Shown piece after piece: positions 7,365 to 17,564 of a stretch of 43,226 nucleotides of DNA; the first letter of the stretch is position 1, and every line of letters starts with the position of its first letter. A program made the translations under genes and the position numbers. The notes under the pieces are model-generated. The model was not told the origin of the DNA, ran no database searches, and saw only the letters and a program-made list of their open reading frames with translations. Source of the DNA: Microbacteriaceae bacterium (lineage in GTDB: Bacteria; Actinomycetota; Actinomycetes; Actinomycetales; Microbacteriaceae); NCBI GenBank assembly GCA_003454135.1, contig DMKW01000089.1, positions 8,247 through 51,472 on the forward strand, written 5' to 3'.

Positions 7365-8028
7365 CGAGCGCTCCCGTGCACGGTGAGCCAATTTCCGGGG
7401 CGCTGCCGCCCTGCCAGTACTTCTTGAAGAACTTCGGGATCCGCTTGTCGGTGGCGGACTCGAGCTGAAGCTGAACGTTCCAGCCGCTCAGCACGATCGG
7501 CGACGGCAGCCCCTTGTACGGCGACAGGATCGCGTAGGTCGACGGCAGCAGGGCGCGCAGGGCGTCGACGTCGGCCTTCGGCAGCGACGGGTCGTAGGTC
7601 ACCCAGATGGCACCGTGCTCGAGCGAGTGCACCGCATTCTCGTTCGGAACCGGCTGGGAGTACACGCCGCAGTTCAGCCACACCGCGTTGTGCTCGCCGC
7701 CGGCGGGCGGGGTCTGTGGGTAGGTGACCTTCGTCGTGACGTGCAGGGCCTTGTTCGCGAATGTCTCCACGCCCGCGATCGAGCCGACGGCGCCTTTCGC
7801 CGAGTAGTCCGGCTTCTGGGGGGCCAGGACCACGGAGGTGACGACCACCGCGACGACGGCGATGATGGCCGCGCCGCCCGCGATGAAACCGATCCGACGG
7901 TTGCGAGCGCTCCGCTTTTGCTGCCGGTGGTACTCCTCGAGCTTCTTCGCGCGCTGCGCCGCGCGCTGCTGCTTGACGCTGAGGGTGTCGTTCTGTGCTG
8001 ATGTGCCGGACTGCGGGACAGGGGTCAC
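7342..8028 (-). CDS. DUF3105 domain protein
   Basis: Basic N-terminus plus TM, then YPQTPPAGGEH, WLNCGVY, AVHSLEHGAIWVTY and SGWNVQL. Usual partner of DUF305. Confidence 0.85.
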   Translation of the reverse strand: MTPVPQSGTSAQNDTLSVKQQRAAQRAKKLEEYHRQQKRSARNRRIGFIAGGAAIIAVVAVVVTSVVLAPQKPDYSAKGAVGSIAGVETFANKALHVTTKVTYPQTPPAGGEHNAVWLNCGVYSQPVPNENAVHSLEHGAIWVTYDPSLPKADVDALRALLPSTYAILSPYKGLPSPIVLSGWNVQLQLESATDKRIPKFFKKYWQGGSAPEIGSPCTGALDAPGKVS

Positions 8029-8156
8029 GATGGCCTCTCTCGAATGGTTCCGTTACTATCCGAACGCATGAAGTCCCCCTGGGGCCGCGCGGCGGATGCT
8101 CTCACAGTGCTTTCACAGGCTGGTGGCTCCCCGCGGGCGGCCCGTAGACTGGTCCT

Positions 8157-8195
8157 GTGTTCATTGTGACGTCGTGTCTGTGCTCCCTGCTGTAG
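8157..8195 (+). CDS. Candidate leaderless Cys-containing leader peptide MFIVTSCLCSLL
   Basis: TAGACT -10 at 8145-8150, GTG 6 nt later, 12 codons with TGT and TGC, TAG at 8193-8195. Lies upstream of cbs. Confidence 0.5.
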   Translation: MFIVTSCLCSLL

Positions 8196-8310
8196 CCCGC
8201 CGACCCTGTAGAACCCCACACCGACCGGTCGCTGTTCCGTCTGACGCGCGCGACCAGAGCCACCCAGGCGTGGCCGACGCCGGCGTGACACCCACGACGA
8301 AGGATGCTCC

Positions 8311-9675
8311 ATGAAAATCGCAAACACCGTCCTTGACCTCATCGGCGACACCCCGTTGGTGCGGCTCCACAAGGTGACGGGCGGCGTGGCCGCCACGGTG
8401 CTCGTCAAGCTCGAATACCTCAACCCCGGGGGGTCGTCGAAGGACCGCATCGCGACGCGGATCATCGATGCCGCCGAGCGGGACGGGCTCCTCAAGCCAG
8501 GCGGAACCATCGTCGAGCCGACCTCCGGCAACACGGGCGTCGGCCTCGCGCTCGTCGCCCAACAGCGCGGCTACAAGTGCGTCTTCGTGCTGCCGGACAA
8601 GGTCGGCGAAGACAAGCGCAGCGTGCTCACGGCGTACGGCGCAGAGATCGTCGTGACCCCGACATCCGTCGCCCCCGACCACCCCGACTCCTACTACAGC
8701 GTCTCCGACCGGCTCGCGCGTGAGATTCCCGGGGCGTTCAAGCCCAACCAGTACGCCAACCCGAACGGCCCGCTCAGCCACTACGAGACCACCGGCCCGG
8801 AGATCTGGCGCGACACCGACGGGACCGTCACCCACTTCGTGGCCGGCGTCGGCACCGGCGGCACCATCACGGGCACCGGGCGCTACCTGCGCGAGGTGTC
8901 GGGTGACACGGTGCGCATCATCGGGGCCGACCCGGAGGGTTCCGTCTACTCCGGCGGCACCGGCCGCCCATACCTCGTCGAGGGCGTCGGCGAAGACTTC
9001 TGGCCCGGCGCCTATGACCCGGCCGTCGTGCACGAAGTCATCGCCGTCTCCGACGCCGACTCCTTCGCGATGACCCGCCGGCTGGCCCTCGAGGAGGGAA
9101 TCCTCGTTGGCGGCTCGAGCGGCATGGCGGTTGTCGCCGCCCTGCGCGCGGCCGAATCCCTCACCGCTGACGACACCGTTGTCGTGCTGCTGCCCGATGG
9201 CGGCCGCGGCTACCTCGGCAAGATCTTCAACGACAGCTGGATGCGCAGCTACGGCTTCACCAACGCGCCCGCCGGCCACACCGTCGGCGACCTGCTCGAA
9301 TCGAAGACCGGCACGATGCCGGCATTCGTCTACGTGCACCCGAGCGACACAGTCCACGACGCCATCGGAACGATGACCTCCGCCAGCGTCTCCCAGTTGC
9401 TCGTGCTCTCCGCCAAGCCGCCGGTCGTCATGGGCGAGGTTGTCGGCGCGCTCGACGAGCGCCACCTGATGGAGCTGGTCTTCTCCGGCGAGGCGAAGCT
9501 CACCGACAACGTGAGCCAGTTCGTCGGCGAACCACTGCCGCTCATCGGCGTGAACGAACCGGTCGCCGCCGCGCGGGCCGCATTCAAAACCAGCGACGCG
9601 CTGCTCGTCACCGACGGCGGAAAACCGCTCGGCGTGATCACCCGCCACGACCTGCTCACCTACCTGAGCGCATAA
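8311..9675 (+). CDS. cbs: Cystathionine beta-synthase with C-terminal CBS domains
   Basis: KLEYLNPGGSSKDR (PLP Lys), EPTSGNTG, GVGTGGT; C-terminal CBS pair ending GVITRHDLL. SD AAGGA. Confidence 0.95.
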   Translation: MKIANTVLDLIGDTPLVRLHKVTGGVAATVLVKLEYLNPGGSSKDRIATRIIDAAERDGLLKPGGTIVEPTSGNTGVGLALVAQQRGYKCVFVLPDKVGEDKRSVLTAYGAEIVVTPTSVAPDHPDSYYSVSDRLAREIPGAFKPNQYANPNGPLSHYETTGPEIWRDTDGTVTHFVAGVGTGGTITGTGRYLREVSGDTVRIIGADPEGSVYSGGTGRPYLVEGVGEDFWPGAYDPAVVHEVIAVSDADSFAMTRRLALEEGILVGGSSGMAVVAALRAAESLTADDTVVVLLPDGGRGYLGKIFNDSWMRSYGFTNAPAGHTVGDLLESKTGTMPAFVYVHPSDTVHDAIGTMTSASVSQLLVLSAKPPVVMGEVVGALDERHLMELVFSGEAKLTDNVSQFVGEPLPLIGVNEPVAAARAAFKTSDALLVTDGGKPLGVITRHDLLTYLSA

Positions 9676-9697
9676 CGGCTTCACAACGAGATTAGGG

Positions 9698-10858
9698 ATG
9701 TCCATGGCCAGGAAGCAGAAGTTCGACACCGTCGCGATTCACGCCGGGCAGGAGTTCGACCCGACGACGGGCGCGGTTATCCCGCCGATCTACCAGACCT
9801 CGACGTTCGTGCAGGAGAGCATCGGCGTGCTGCGCGGCGGGTACGAGTACAGCCGCGGCGGCAACCCGACGCGCACCGCACTGGAAACCCTCCTCGCCGC
9901 CCTCGAGGGCGGCAAGCACGGGCTCTCCTTCGCCAGCGGCCTCGCCGCGGAAGACACGCTCCTCCGCGCGCTGCTCTCGCCCGGCGACCACATCGTGCTC
10001 GGCGACGACGTCTACGGCGGAACCCACCGGCTGATCGAGCGCGTGCACGGCCCGTGGGGCGTGAGCAACACGACCGTCGATATGTCGGACCTGCGCGCCG
10101 TCGAGCAGGCCATCATCCCGGGGAAGACGAAGATCCTCTGGGTGGAAACGCCCAGCAACCCGCTGATGAAGATCAGCGACATCGGCGAGCTGGCAGACAT
10201 CGGGCACCGCGCCGGCGTGATCGTCGTCGTCGACAACACGTTCGCCTCACCCGCGCTGCAGCATCCGCTCGCCCACGGCGCCGACGTCGTCGTGCACTCC
10301 ACAACCAAGTACCTGGGCGGCCACTCCGACGTGCTCGGCGGCGCCCTCATCATCAACGACGACGACCTCGCCCACAAGGCCAGGTTCCTCCAGTTCGCGG
10401 CCGGCCCGGTCTCCGCGCCGCTTGACGCCTGGCTCACCATCCGCGGGATTAAGACCCTGTCGGTGCGCATGGACCGCCACTGCAGCAACGCGCAGGCGAT
10501 CGCCGAGCACCTGCAGGGACATCCCGCCATCGAGGCCGTCTACTACCCGGGCCTGCCCGGCCACCCGGGCCACGAGCTGGCCAAGCAGCAGATGAGCGGT
10601 TTCGGCGGGATGCTGACGATCGCGTTCAAGGGCGGCGCGAAGGCCGCGCGCAAATTCGCCGAGTCGATGCACCTGTTCCAGCTGGCCGAGTCGCTCGGTG
10701 GCGTCGAGTCACTGGTGAACTACCCGGCGGAGATGACCCACGCCTCGGTGCGCGGGACCGCCCTCGAGGTGCCGGACAACATCGTGCGCCTCTCGGTGGG
10801 CATCGAAGACATCGGCGACCTCATCGACGACCTGGACCGCGCCCTGCCAAAAAAGTAA
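9698..10858 (+). CDS. metB: Cystathionine gamma-synthase/gamma-lyase
   Basis: PPIYQTSTF, YSRGGNPT, ETPSNP, VDNTFASP, HSTTKY (PLP Lys), AESLGGVESL, RLSVGIE. Confidence 0.92.
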   Translation: MSMARKQKFDTVAIHAGQEFDPTTGAVIPPIYQTSTFVQESIGVLRGGYEYSRGGNPTRTALETLLAALEGGKHGLSFASGLAAEDTLLRALLSPGDHIVLGDDVYGGTHRLIERVHGPWGVSNTTVDMSDLRAVEQAIIPGKTKILWVETPSNPLMKISDIGELADIGHRAGVIVVVDNTFASPALQHPLAHGADVVVHSTTKYLGGHSDVLGGALIINDDDLAHKARFLQFAAGPVSAPLDAWLTIRGIKTLSVRMDRHCSNAQAIAEHLQGHPAIEAVYYPGLPGHPGHELAKQQMSGFGGMLTIAFKGGAKAARKFAESMHLFQLAESLGGVESLVNYPAEMTHASVRGTALEVPDNIVRLSVGIEDIGDLIDDLDRALPKK

Positions 10859-10930
10859 CGTGGCAGTTTTTCGACGGAGTATGTCTTTTCTGCCATTTCG
10901 GTTCAGACCGTAACCCGGCAGGATGATGAC

Positions 10931-12256
10931 ATGACGATCTCGAAGACCCTGCCGCCGGCGCCGGGGAGCGGCACAACGACGGACGCGGCCCCCGCGCACG
11001 TGGGCAGCCTCGGCCTGGTCCAGGGCACGGCCCTGTACATCGCGGCGGTGCTCGGCACCGGCATCCTCGTGCTGCCGGGCCTGGCCGCTACCGCGGCCGG
11101 GCCGGCGTCGATCCTCTCCGTGCTCGCGGTGTTCCTCCTCTCCATTCCCCTCGCGGGAACGTTCGCGGCGCTCGCCAGCCGCTACCCGGATCCCGGCGGC
11201 GTAGCCAGCTACGTGCGCCGCGCCCTTGGCCGGACCTGGGCGCGGATGGCCGGGTACTGGTTCTTCTTCGGCGTGGCCGTCGGTGCGCCCGTGGTCGCGA
11301 TGCTCGGCGCCCAGTACGTCGTCGCCATTGTCGGCGCGAGCCAGTCGGCCGTGGTCTGGGTTGCCCTCGCGATTTTCGTCCCGCCGTTCGTCTCGAACTA
11401 CTTCGGCCTGCGCGTGTCCGGCGCCGTACAGTTGGTGCTCACCGGCGCGCTGCTCTTCGTCGTGATCGGCGTCGTGGCGGTCGCGCTCCCCGCTGCCTCC
11501 CCGGCGCGGTTCGAGCCATTCATGCCGCACGGCTGGGGCGGCGTCGGAACGGCGATCAGCCTGTTCGTCTGGGCGTTCGCCGGCTGGGAGGTCGGCACCC
11601 ACGTCGCGGGCGAGTTCAAGAACCCGCGCCGCGTCATCCCGCTCGCCACGGCGATCGCGCTCGTGGTCGTCGGTGCCGCGTATTTCGCCCTGCAGTACGT
11701 GACCGTCGCCGTGCTCGGCGAGGCGGCCGGGAGCGGTTCGGTGCCGCTGCTCGACCTGGTTGCGACGTCGACCCTCGGGGTCGGCCCGATGTTCGTCGCG
11801 GTGATCGCCGCGATCGTCGCCCTGGGCGTGCTCGACGTGTACCTCGGCGCGTTCGCGAAGCTCGGCGCATCACTCGGACGCGACGGCGACCTGCCGCTCT
11901 GGATGGCGCCCGGGGTGGAATCCGGCGGGGTGCCCCGGCGGAGCCTCGCGGTAGTCGCCGTGCTCACCGGGATCTACTTCGCGCTCATGGTGAGCCAGGA
12001 CCTCAACCTGGCGCCGTTCATCCTGATCCACACGAGTTCGATGGTGTCGATCTACGCGCTCGGCATGATCGCGGCGGTTCGCCTGCTCGACCGGTGGTCG
12101 CCCGGCTGGTGGATGGCCGTGGTGTCGGTCGGGCTAACCCTGGGGCTGCTGGCGCTGGCCGGACCGCACCTGCTCGTGCCCGGATTGCTGGCGGGTGCTG
12201 CGGTCATCGTGGGCCTCGTTGGCAATGTGCGCGCCGTCGTGAAGGTCGCGGCGTAG
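10931..12256 (+). CDS. APC-family amino acid transporter, YjeH-like
   Basis: About 12 TM segments; LGLVQG..AVLGTGILVLPGLAA, RYPDPGGVASYVRRALG, WAFAGWE, EFKNPRR. Confidence 0.8.
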   Translation: MTISKTLPPAPGSGTTTDAAPAHVGSLGLVQGTALYIAAVLGTGILVLPGLAATAAGPASILSVLAVFLLSIPLAGTFAALASRYPDPGGVASYVRRALGRTWARMAGYWFFFGVAVGAPVVAMLGAQYVVAIVGASQSAVVWVALAIFVPPFVSNYFGLRVSGAVQLVLTGALLFVVIGVVAVALPAASPARFEPFMPHGWGGVGTAISLFVWAFAGWEVGTHVAGEFKNPRRVIPLATAIALVVVGAAYFALQYVTVAVLGEAAGSGSVPLLDLVATSTLGVGPMFVAVIAAIVALGVLDVYLGAFAKLGASLGRDGDLPLWMAPGVESGGVPRRSLAVVAVLTGIYFALMVSQDLNLAPFILIHTSSMVSIYALGMIAAVRLLDRWSPGWWMAVVSVGLTLGLLALAGPHLLVPGLLAGAAVIVGLVGNVRAVVKVAA

Positions 12257-12279
12257 ACAAAATCCGCGCGGTGGAAGGT

Positions 12280-12348
12280 ATGTGACAGTCACATTCGGAC
12301 GTTGGGGCGTGCATAATTGACCTGCGCTCACAGTTGTGACCGTGCACA
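12280..12348. promoter_or_regulatory. LacI-type operators and -10 element upstream of the regulator
   Basis: Palindrome ATGTGAC-A-GTCACAT (12280-12294), CATAAT (12312-12317), TGTGACCGTGCACA (12335-12348). Confidence 0.7.
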
Positions 12349-12366
12349 TGCGAGCAAGGTTCTCCC

Positions 12367-13386
12367 GTGACAGTCGAATTGCCCAAGGGTCGCGCCCCCA
12401 GCATTCGGGATGTCGCGCGCCTCGCGGGCGTCTCGCACCAGACCGTTTCCCGGGTGCTCAACGACCACCCGAGCATCCGTGACACTACCAGGGCGCGCGT
12501 CCTGCAGGTGATGGAAGAACTGCAGTACCGCCCCAACCGCGCCGCACGGGCGCTGTCGAAGGGGCGCTCCCGCACCATCGGTGTTTTGTCGGCGTCGAGT
12601 GCGCAATACGGGCCGGCCAGCAGCATCGCCGCGATCCAGAACGCCGCCCGGGATGCCGGGTACTACGTCAACACCGCCAATCTGGCGTCGAGCGACCGGG
12701 AGTCGATCGAGGCGGCGCTGGACCACCTGATGCGCCAGTCGGTCGAGGGAATCGTCGTCATCGCGCCGCAGGTGAGGGTCTTCGATGCGCTCGAGGAGCT
12801 CTCGATCGACGTACCGTACGTGACGCTCCAATCCACGGGGCGCCTCAACGACCACGCCCTGTCGGTCGACCAGATTGCCGGCGCCCGCCTCGCCACCCGC
12901 CACCTGATCGACCTCGGCCACCGCAGCATCTACCACCTCGCCGGACCGCAAGACTGGATCGAAGCGGAGGCGCGCATGCGCGGCTTCCTCGACGAGATGG
13001 GGGCGATGGATGTGCCGACCACCGCTCCGATCCTCGGCGACTGGACGGCAGACTTCGGCTACCACGCCGGACGCGAGTTGCTGCGGGTGCGCGACTTCAC
13101 AGCGGTTTTCTCCTCGAACGACCAGATGGCACTGGGCCTCATCCATGCCGTTCGGGAGGCGGGCCTGGACGTGCCGCGGGACGTGAGCATCGTGGGCTTC
13201 GACGACATTCCGGAGGCGGCACACTTCTGGCCACCGCTGACCACCGTGCGACAAGACTTCGCGGAACTCGGCCGCCGCTGCATCGCGCTGCTGCTGAGCA
13301 ACCTCGGCGGCGACTCGGCGGGATACCCAGGCACGATCATGCCCGAGCTCATCGTGCGCGGCTCGACCGCGCCGCCCTCTTTCTAG
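12367..13386 (+). CDS. LacI-family regulator, probable arabinose repressor
   Basis: SIRDVARLAGVSHQTVSRVLN HTH, YRPNRAARAL hinge, VSIVGFDD, PPLTTVRQ. Adjacent to the ara genes. Confidence 0.92.
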   Translation: MTVELPKGRAPSIRDVARLAGVSHQTVSRVLNDHPSIRDTTRARVLQVMEELQYRPNRAARALSKGRSRTIGVLSASSAQYGPASSIAAIQNAARDAGYYVNTANLASSDRESIEAALDHLMRQSVEGIVVIAPQVRVFDALEELSIDVPYVTLQSTGRLNDHALSVDQIAGARLATRHLIDLGHRSIYHLAGPQDWIEAEARMRGFLDEMGAMDVPTTAPILGDWTADFGYHAGRELLRVRDFTAVFSSNDQMALGLIHAVREAGLDVPRDVSIVGFDDIPEAAHFWPPLTTVRQDFAELGRRCIALLLSNLGGDSAGYPGTIMPELIVRGSTAPPSF

Positions 13387-13445
13387 CCTCGAGCCACCCC
13401 GCGGCAGGGGCGGAGGGGGCGTTACCGAAACGAGACCTTGCGAAC

Positions 13446-13502
13446 TTGACACGCAAATCACGTTTTCGGCTAACATGAGCAGATCGATGTGACCGATCAC
13501 AT
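13446..13502 (+). promoter_or_regulatory. ara operon promoter and LacI-type operator
   Basis: TTGACA 13446-13451, TAACAT 13471-13476 (19-bp spacer), operator ATGTGACCGATCACAT 13487-13502. Confidence 0.7.
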
Positions 13503-13553
13503 TCGGACGGCACATTGCAGCATCAGCACCATCTCAGACAAGGGAGTCGATTC

Positions 13554-15269
13554 GTGAGCACGACCGCCGCGCAGCCAGACGCAGTTTCGTCAGCCACCAG
13601 CGAGTCGTACGTCATCGGAATCGATTACGGAACCCTGTCCGGTCGCGCGGTCGTCGTGCGGGTCTCGGACGGCGTCGAACTCGGCTCCGCCGTGCTCGAC
13701 TACCCGCACGCGGTCATGGACACCACCCTCGCCGCGACCGGTGCGGCCCTCCCGCCGGAGTGGGCGCTGCAGGTGCCGCAGGACTACGTGGATGTACTGA
13801 AGAGCGCGGTGCCGGCCGCGGTCGCCAACGCCGGCATCGATCCGGCCCGCGTCATCGGCGTCGGCACCGACTTCACCGCCTGCACCATGGTGCCCGTGCT
13901 CGCCGACGGCACCCCGCTCTGCGAGCTGCCGGAGTACTTCGGTCGCCCGCACGCCTACGTCAAGCTTTGGAAGCACCACTCGGCGCAGCGCCAGGCCGAC
14001 CGGATCAACGAACTCGCGACAGCACGCGGCGAGAGCTGGCTGCCGCGCTACGGCGGCCTGATTTCCAGCGAGTGGGAGTTCGCCAAGGGCCTCCAGCTGC
14101 TCGAGGAAGACCCCGAGCTGTACAACCGGATGGACCACTGGGTCGAGGCGGCCGACTGGATCGTCTGGCAGTTGACCGGGCAGTACGTGCGCAACGCGTG
14201 CACCGCCGGGTACAAGGGCATCCTGCAGGACGGCGAGTACCCGAGCGAAGACTTCCTCGCCGCGCTCAACCCCGAGTTCGCCGAGTTCGCGAACGAGAAG
14301 GTCATGCACCCGATCGGCCAGCTGGGGGATGCCGCCGGCACTCTCTCTGCGCAGGCCGCGGCCTGGACCGGACTGCCGGAAGGCATCGCCGTCGCAGTCG
14401 GCAACGTCGACGCGCATGTCACCGGCCCCGCCGCGCAGGCGGTCGAGCCCGGCCAGATGGTCGCGATCATGGGCACATCAACCTGCCACGTCATGAATTC
14501 GGACCACCTCGCCGAGGTTCCGGGCATGTGCGGCGTCGTCGACGGCGGTATCGTCTCCGGCCTGTACGGCTACGAGGCCGGCCAGTCCGGAGTTGGCGAC
14601 ATCTTCGCCTGGTACGTGGGCAACCAGGTCCCCGCCCGGTACTTCGCCGAGGCGGAGACCGCGGGCCTGAGCGTGCACCAGTACCTCACCGAACTGATCA
14701 AGGACCAGCCCATCGGCGGCCACGGCCTGGTCGCCCTCGACTGGCACAGCGGCAACCGTTCGGTGCTCGTCGACCACGAACTCTCCGGCCTCGTGCTCGG
14801 CACGACGCTGACCACCCGCCCGGAGGAAATCTACCGGGCGCTGCTCGAGGCCACCGCGTTCGGCACCCGCACGATCGTCGAGACCTTCAACGCGAGCGGA
14901 GTGCCGGTGACCGAGTTCATCGTCGCGGGCGGCCTGCTCAAGAACGCGTTCCTCATGCAGACCTACAGCGACATCCTGCGCTTGCCGATCTCGACCATCG
15001 CCAGCGACCAGGGCCCCGCGCTCGGCTCGGCCATCCACGCCGCCGCCGCGGCCGGTGCGTACCCGGATGTCCGCGCGGCCGGCAAGGCGATGGGCAAGCT
15101 CAACAAGAACGTGTACACCCCCAACGACGAAGCGGCCACGGCGTATGACGCCCTGTTCGCCGAATACTCCCTGCTGCACGACTACTTCGGTCGCGGCACG
15201 AACGACGTTATGCACCGGCTGAAGGCGCTCAAGCGCGACGCGGCCGCCGGCGGAAAGGCACAAGCATGA
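13554..15269 (+). CDS. araB: Ribulokinase
   Basis: SD AGGGAG then GTG 13554. [41 protein letters not shown]. Confidence 0.95.
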   Translation: MSTTAAQPDAVSSATSESYVIGIDYGTLSGRAVVVRVSDGVELGSAVLDYPHAVMDTTLAATGAALPPEWALQVPQDYVDVLKSAVPAAVANAGIDPARVIGVGTDFTACTMVPVLADGTPLCELPEYFGRPHAYVKLWKHHSAQRQADRINELATARGESWLPRYGGLISSEWEFAKGLQLLEEDPELYNRMDHWVEAADWIVWQLTGQYVRNACTAGYKGILQDGEYPSEDFLAALNPEFAEFANEKVMHPIGQLGDAAGTLSAQAAAWTGLPEGIAVAVGNVDAHVTGPAAQAVEPGQMVAIMGTSTCHVMNSDHLAEVPGMCGVVDGGIVSGLYGYEAGQSGVGDIFAWYVGNQVPARYFAEAETAGLSVHQYLTELIKDQPIGGHGLVALDWHSGNRSVLVDHELSGLVLGTTLTTRPEEIYRALLEATAFGTRTIVETFNASGVPVTEFIVAGGLLKNAFLMQTYSDILRLPISTIASDQGPALGSAIHAAAAAGAYPDVRAAGKAMGKLNKNVYTPNDEAATAYDALFAEYSLLHDYFGRGTNDVMHRLKALKRDAAAGGKAQA

Positions 15270-15976
15270 GCACCTACGGCCCGCAGATCGAGGTGGCCAT
15301 CGCCCGCGTGCGCGCGGACGTGGCCCGTCTGCACTCCGAACTCACCCGCTACGGCCTGGTCATCTCGACCGGCGGCAACGTCTCCGGCCGGGTGCCCGGG
15401 GCCGACCTGTTTGTGATCAAGCCCAGCGGCGTCGACTACGCCGACCTGGCGCCCGAGAACATGATCCTCTGCGACTTCGATGGCGCCGTCATCCCCGGCA
15501 CCCCCGGAGCCGAACGATCCCCGTCAAGCGACACCGCCGCGCATGCATACGTCTACCGGAATATGTCGGATGTCGGTGGCGTCGTGCACACGCACTCCAC
15601 CTACGCGACCGCCTGGGCCGCACGCGGCGAGTCGATCCCCTGCGTGATCACGGCCATGGCCGACGAGTTCGGCGGGGACATCCCGATCGGCCCGTTCGCC
15701 ATCATCGGCGACGACTCGATCGGCCGCGGCATCGTGCAGACGCTCACCGGGCACCGCTCCCGGGCGGTGCTGATGCAGAACCATGGCCCATTCACGATCG
15801 GCAAGGACGCCAGGGACGCCGTCAAGGCGGCCGTGATGGTCGAGGATGTCGCGCGCACGGTGCACATCGCCCGCCAGGGCGGCGAGCTCATCCCGCTCCC
15901 GCAGGCCGCCATCGACTCACTTTTCGACCGTTACCAGAACGTCTACGGACAAGCACCGCAGGGAGCCATCCACTAA
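15266..15976 (+). CDS. araD: L-ribulose-5-phosphate 4-epimerase
   Basis: GNVSGR, IKPSGV, PSSDT, VVHTHS, NHGPF (class II aldolase/epimerase). ATGA overlap with araB. Confidence 0.95.
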   Translation: MSTYGPQIEVAIARVRADVARLHSELTRYGLVISTGGNVSGRVPGADLFVIKPSGVDYADLAPENMILCDFDGAVIPGTPGAERSPSSDTAAHAYVYRNMSDVGGVVHTHSTYATAWAARGESIPCVITAMADEFGGDIPIGPFAIIGDDSIGRGIVQTLTGHRSRAVLMQNHGPFTIGKDARDAVKAAVMVEDVARTVHIARQGGELIPLPQAAIDSLFDRYQNVYGQAPQGAIH

Positions 15977-17493
15977 TGCCGACTCTTTCCACCACCCTGG
16001 ACCACTACGAGGTCTGGTTCCTCACCGGCAGCCAGAACCTCTACGGCGAGGAAACCCTGCGCCAGGTCGCCGATCAGTCCCAGGCCATCGCCGCCGCGCT
16101 CGGCGCGAGCAGCGACATCCCGGTGAAAATCGTCTGGAAGGCCGTGCTCAAGGACTCCGAGTCGATCCGCCGCGCTGCGCTGGATGCCAATGCCTCCGAC
16201 CGGGTGATCGGGCTCATCGCCTGGATGCACACCTTCTCACCCGCGAAAATGTGGATCGCCGGGCTTGACGCCCTGCAGAAGCCGCTCCTGCACCTGCACA
16301 CGCAGGCCAATGTCGAGCTGCCCTGGGCCGAGATCGACTTCGACTTCATGAACCTCAACCAGGCCGCGCACGGCGACCGCGAATTCGGCTACATCCAGAC
16401 CCGGCTCGGCGTCGCGCGCAAGACCGTGGTCGGCCACGTGTCCAACCCGGTCGTCAGCCAGAGCATCGGAACCTGGACCCGCGCCGCGGCAGGCTGGGCG
16501 GCGTCCCGCACGATGAAGCTCGCCCGGTTCGGCGACAACATGCGCTACGTCGCCGTCACGGAGGGCGACAAGACCGAAGCCGAGCTGCGCTTCGGAGTGC
16601 AGGTCAACACCTGGCCGGTGAACGAGCTCGCGGACGCGGTGCACGCTGCTGCCGACGCCGACATCGACGCCCTGGTCGCCGAATACGAGGAACTCTACGA
16701 CGTCGTCCCTGAGCTTCGCAGCGGCGGCGACCGGCACGACTCCCTGCGCTACGGCGCCGCGATCGAACTGGGCCTGAAATCCTTCCTCGAAGAGGGCGGC
16801 TTCTCCGCGTTCACAACAAGCTTCGAGGACCTCGGCGCGCTTCGCCAGCTGCCCGGCCTGGCCGTGCAGCGCCTGATGGCACAGGGCTACGGTTTCGGCG
16901 CGGAGGGCGACTGGAAAACGGCCATCCTCGTGCGCGTCGCCAACGTCATGGGCTCCGGCCTCCCCGGCGGGGCAAGCCTCATGGAGGACTACACCTACGA
17001 CCTCGTCCCCGGACGCGAACTGATCCTCGGCGCGCACATGCTCGAGGTGAGCCCATCGCTGACCAGCGCGCGTCCGAGCCTGGAGATCCACCCGCTCGGC
17101 ATCGGCGGCAAGGAAGACCCGGTTCGTCTGGTCTTCAACGCCGACCCCGGCCCCGCCGTGGTGGTCGCCATGTCCGACATGCGCGACCGGTTCCGGCTCG
17201 TGGCCAACGTCGTCGAGGTCGTCGAGCCGACCGCAGCGCTGCCGAACCTTCCGGTCGGCCGTGCCGTCTGGCGCCCGGAGCCCGACTTCCAGACATCCGC
17301 CGCCGCCTGGCTGACAGCGGGCGCCGCCCACCACACCGTCATGTCGACTGCCGTCGGCATCGAGGTGTTCCACGATTTCGCCGAGATTGCTCGCACCGAG
17401 CTTCTCGTGATCGATAAAGCCACCACCCTGCGCGACTTCACGCGCGAGGTGCGTTGGAATCAGGCTTACTACCGACTGGCACAAGGCCTGTAA
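15976..17493 (+). CDS. araA: L-arabinose isomerase
   Basis: [54 protein letters not shown]. Confidence 0.97.
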   Translation: MPTLSTTLDHYEVWFLTGSQNLYGEETLRQVADQSQAIAAALGASSDIPVKIVWKAVLKDSESIRRAALDANASDRVIGLIAWMHTFSPAKMWIAGLDALQKPLLHLHTQANVELPWAEIDFDFMNLNQAAHGDREFGYIQTRLGVARKTVVGHVSNPVVSQSIGTWTRAAAGWAASRTMKLARFGDNMRYVAVTEGDKTEAELRFGVQVNTWPVNELADAVHAAADADIDALVAEYEELYDVVPELRSGGDRHDSLRYGAAIELGLKSFLEEGGFSAFTTSFEDLGALRQLPGLAVQRLMAQGYGFGAEGDWKTAILVRVANVMGSGLPGGASLMEDYTYDLVPGRELILGAHMLEVSPSLTSARPSLEIHPLGIGGKEDPVRLVFNADPGPAVVVAMSDMRDRFRLVANVVEVVEPTAALPNLPVGRAVWRPEPDFQTSAAAWLTAGAAHHTVMSTAVGIEVFHDFAEIARTELLVIDKATTLRDFTREVRWNQAYYRLAQGL

Positions 17494-17564
17494 TCCCACC
17501 TCCTGCATCACCTCGCACAATTTGACATCAATGTCGATCAAAAGAAAATACGAAAGGAAACACA

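Noticed and set aside
8030..8310. SAM riboswitch upstream of cbs
   Set aside because: No SAM-I or SAM-IV core motifs recognised; the leader-peptide model fits better.
17522..17550. TTGACA within an imperfect palindrome upstream of chvE as an internal promoter
   Set aside because: No convincing TAnnnT -10 at a 16-19-bp spacing.
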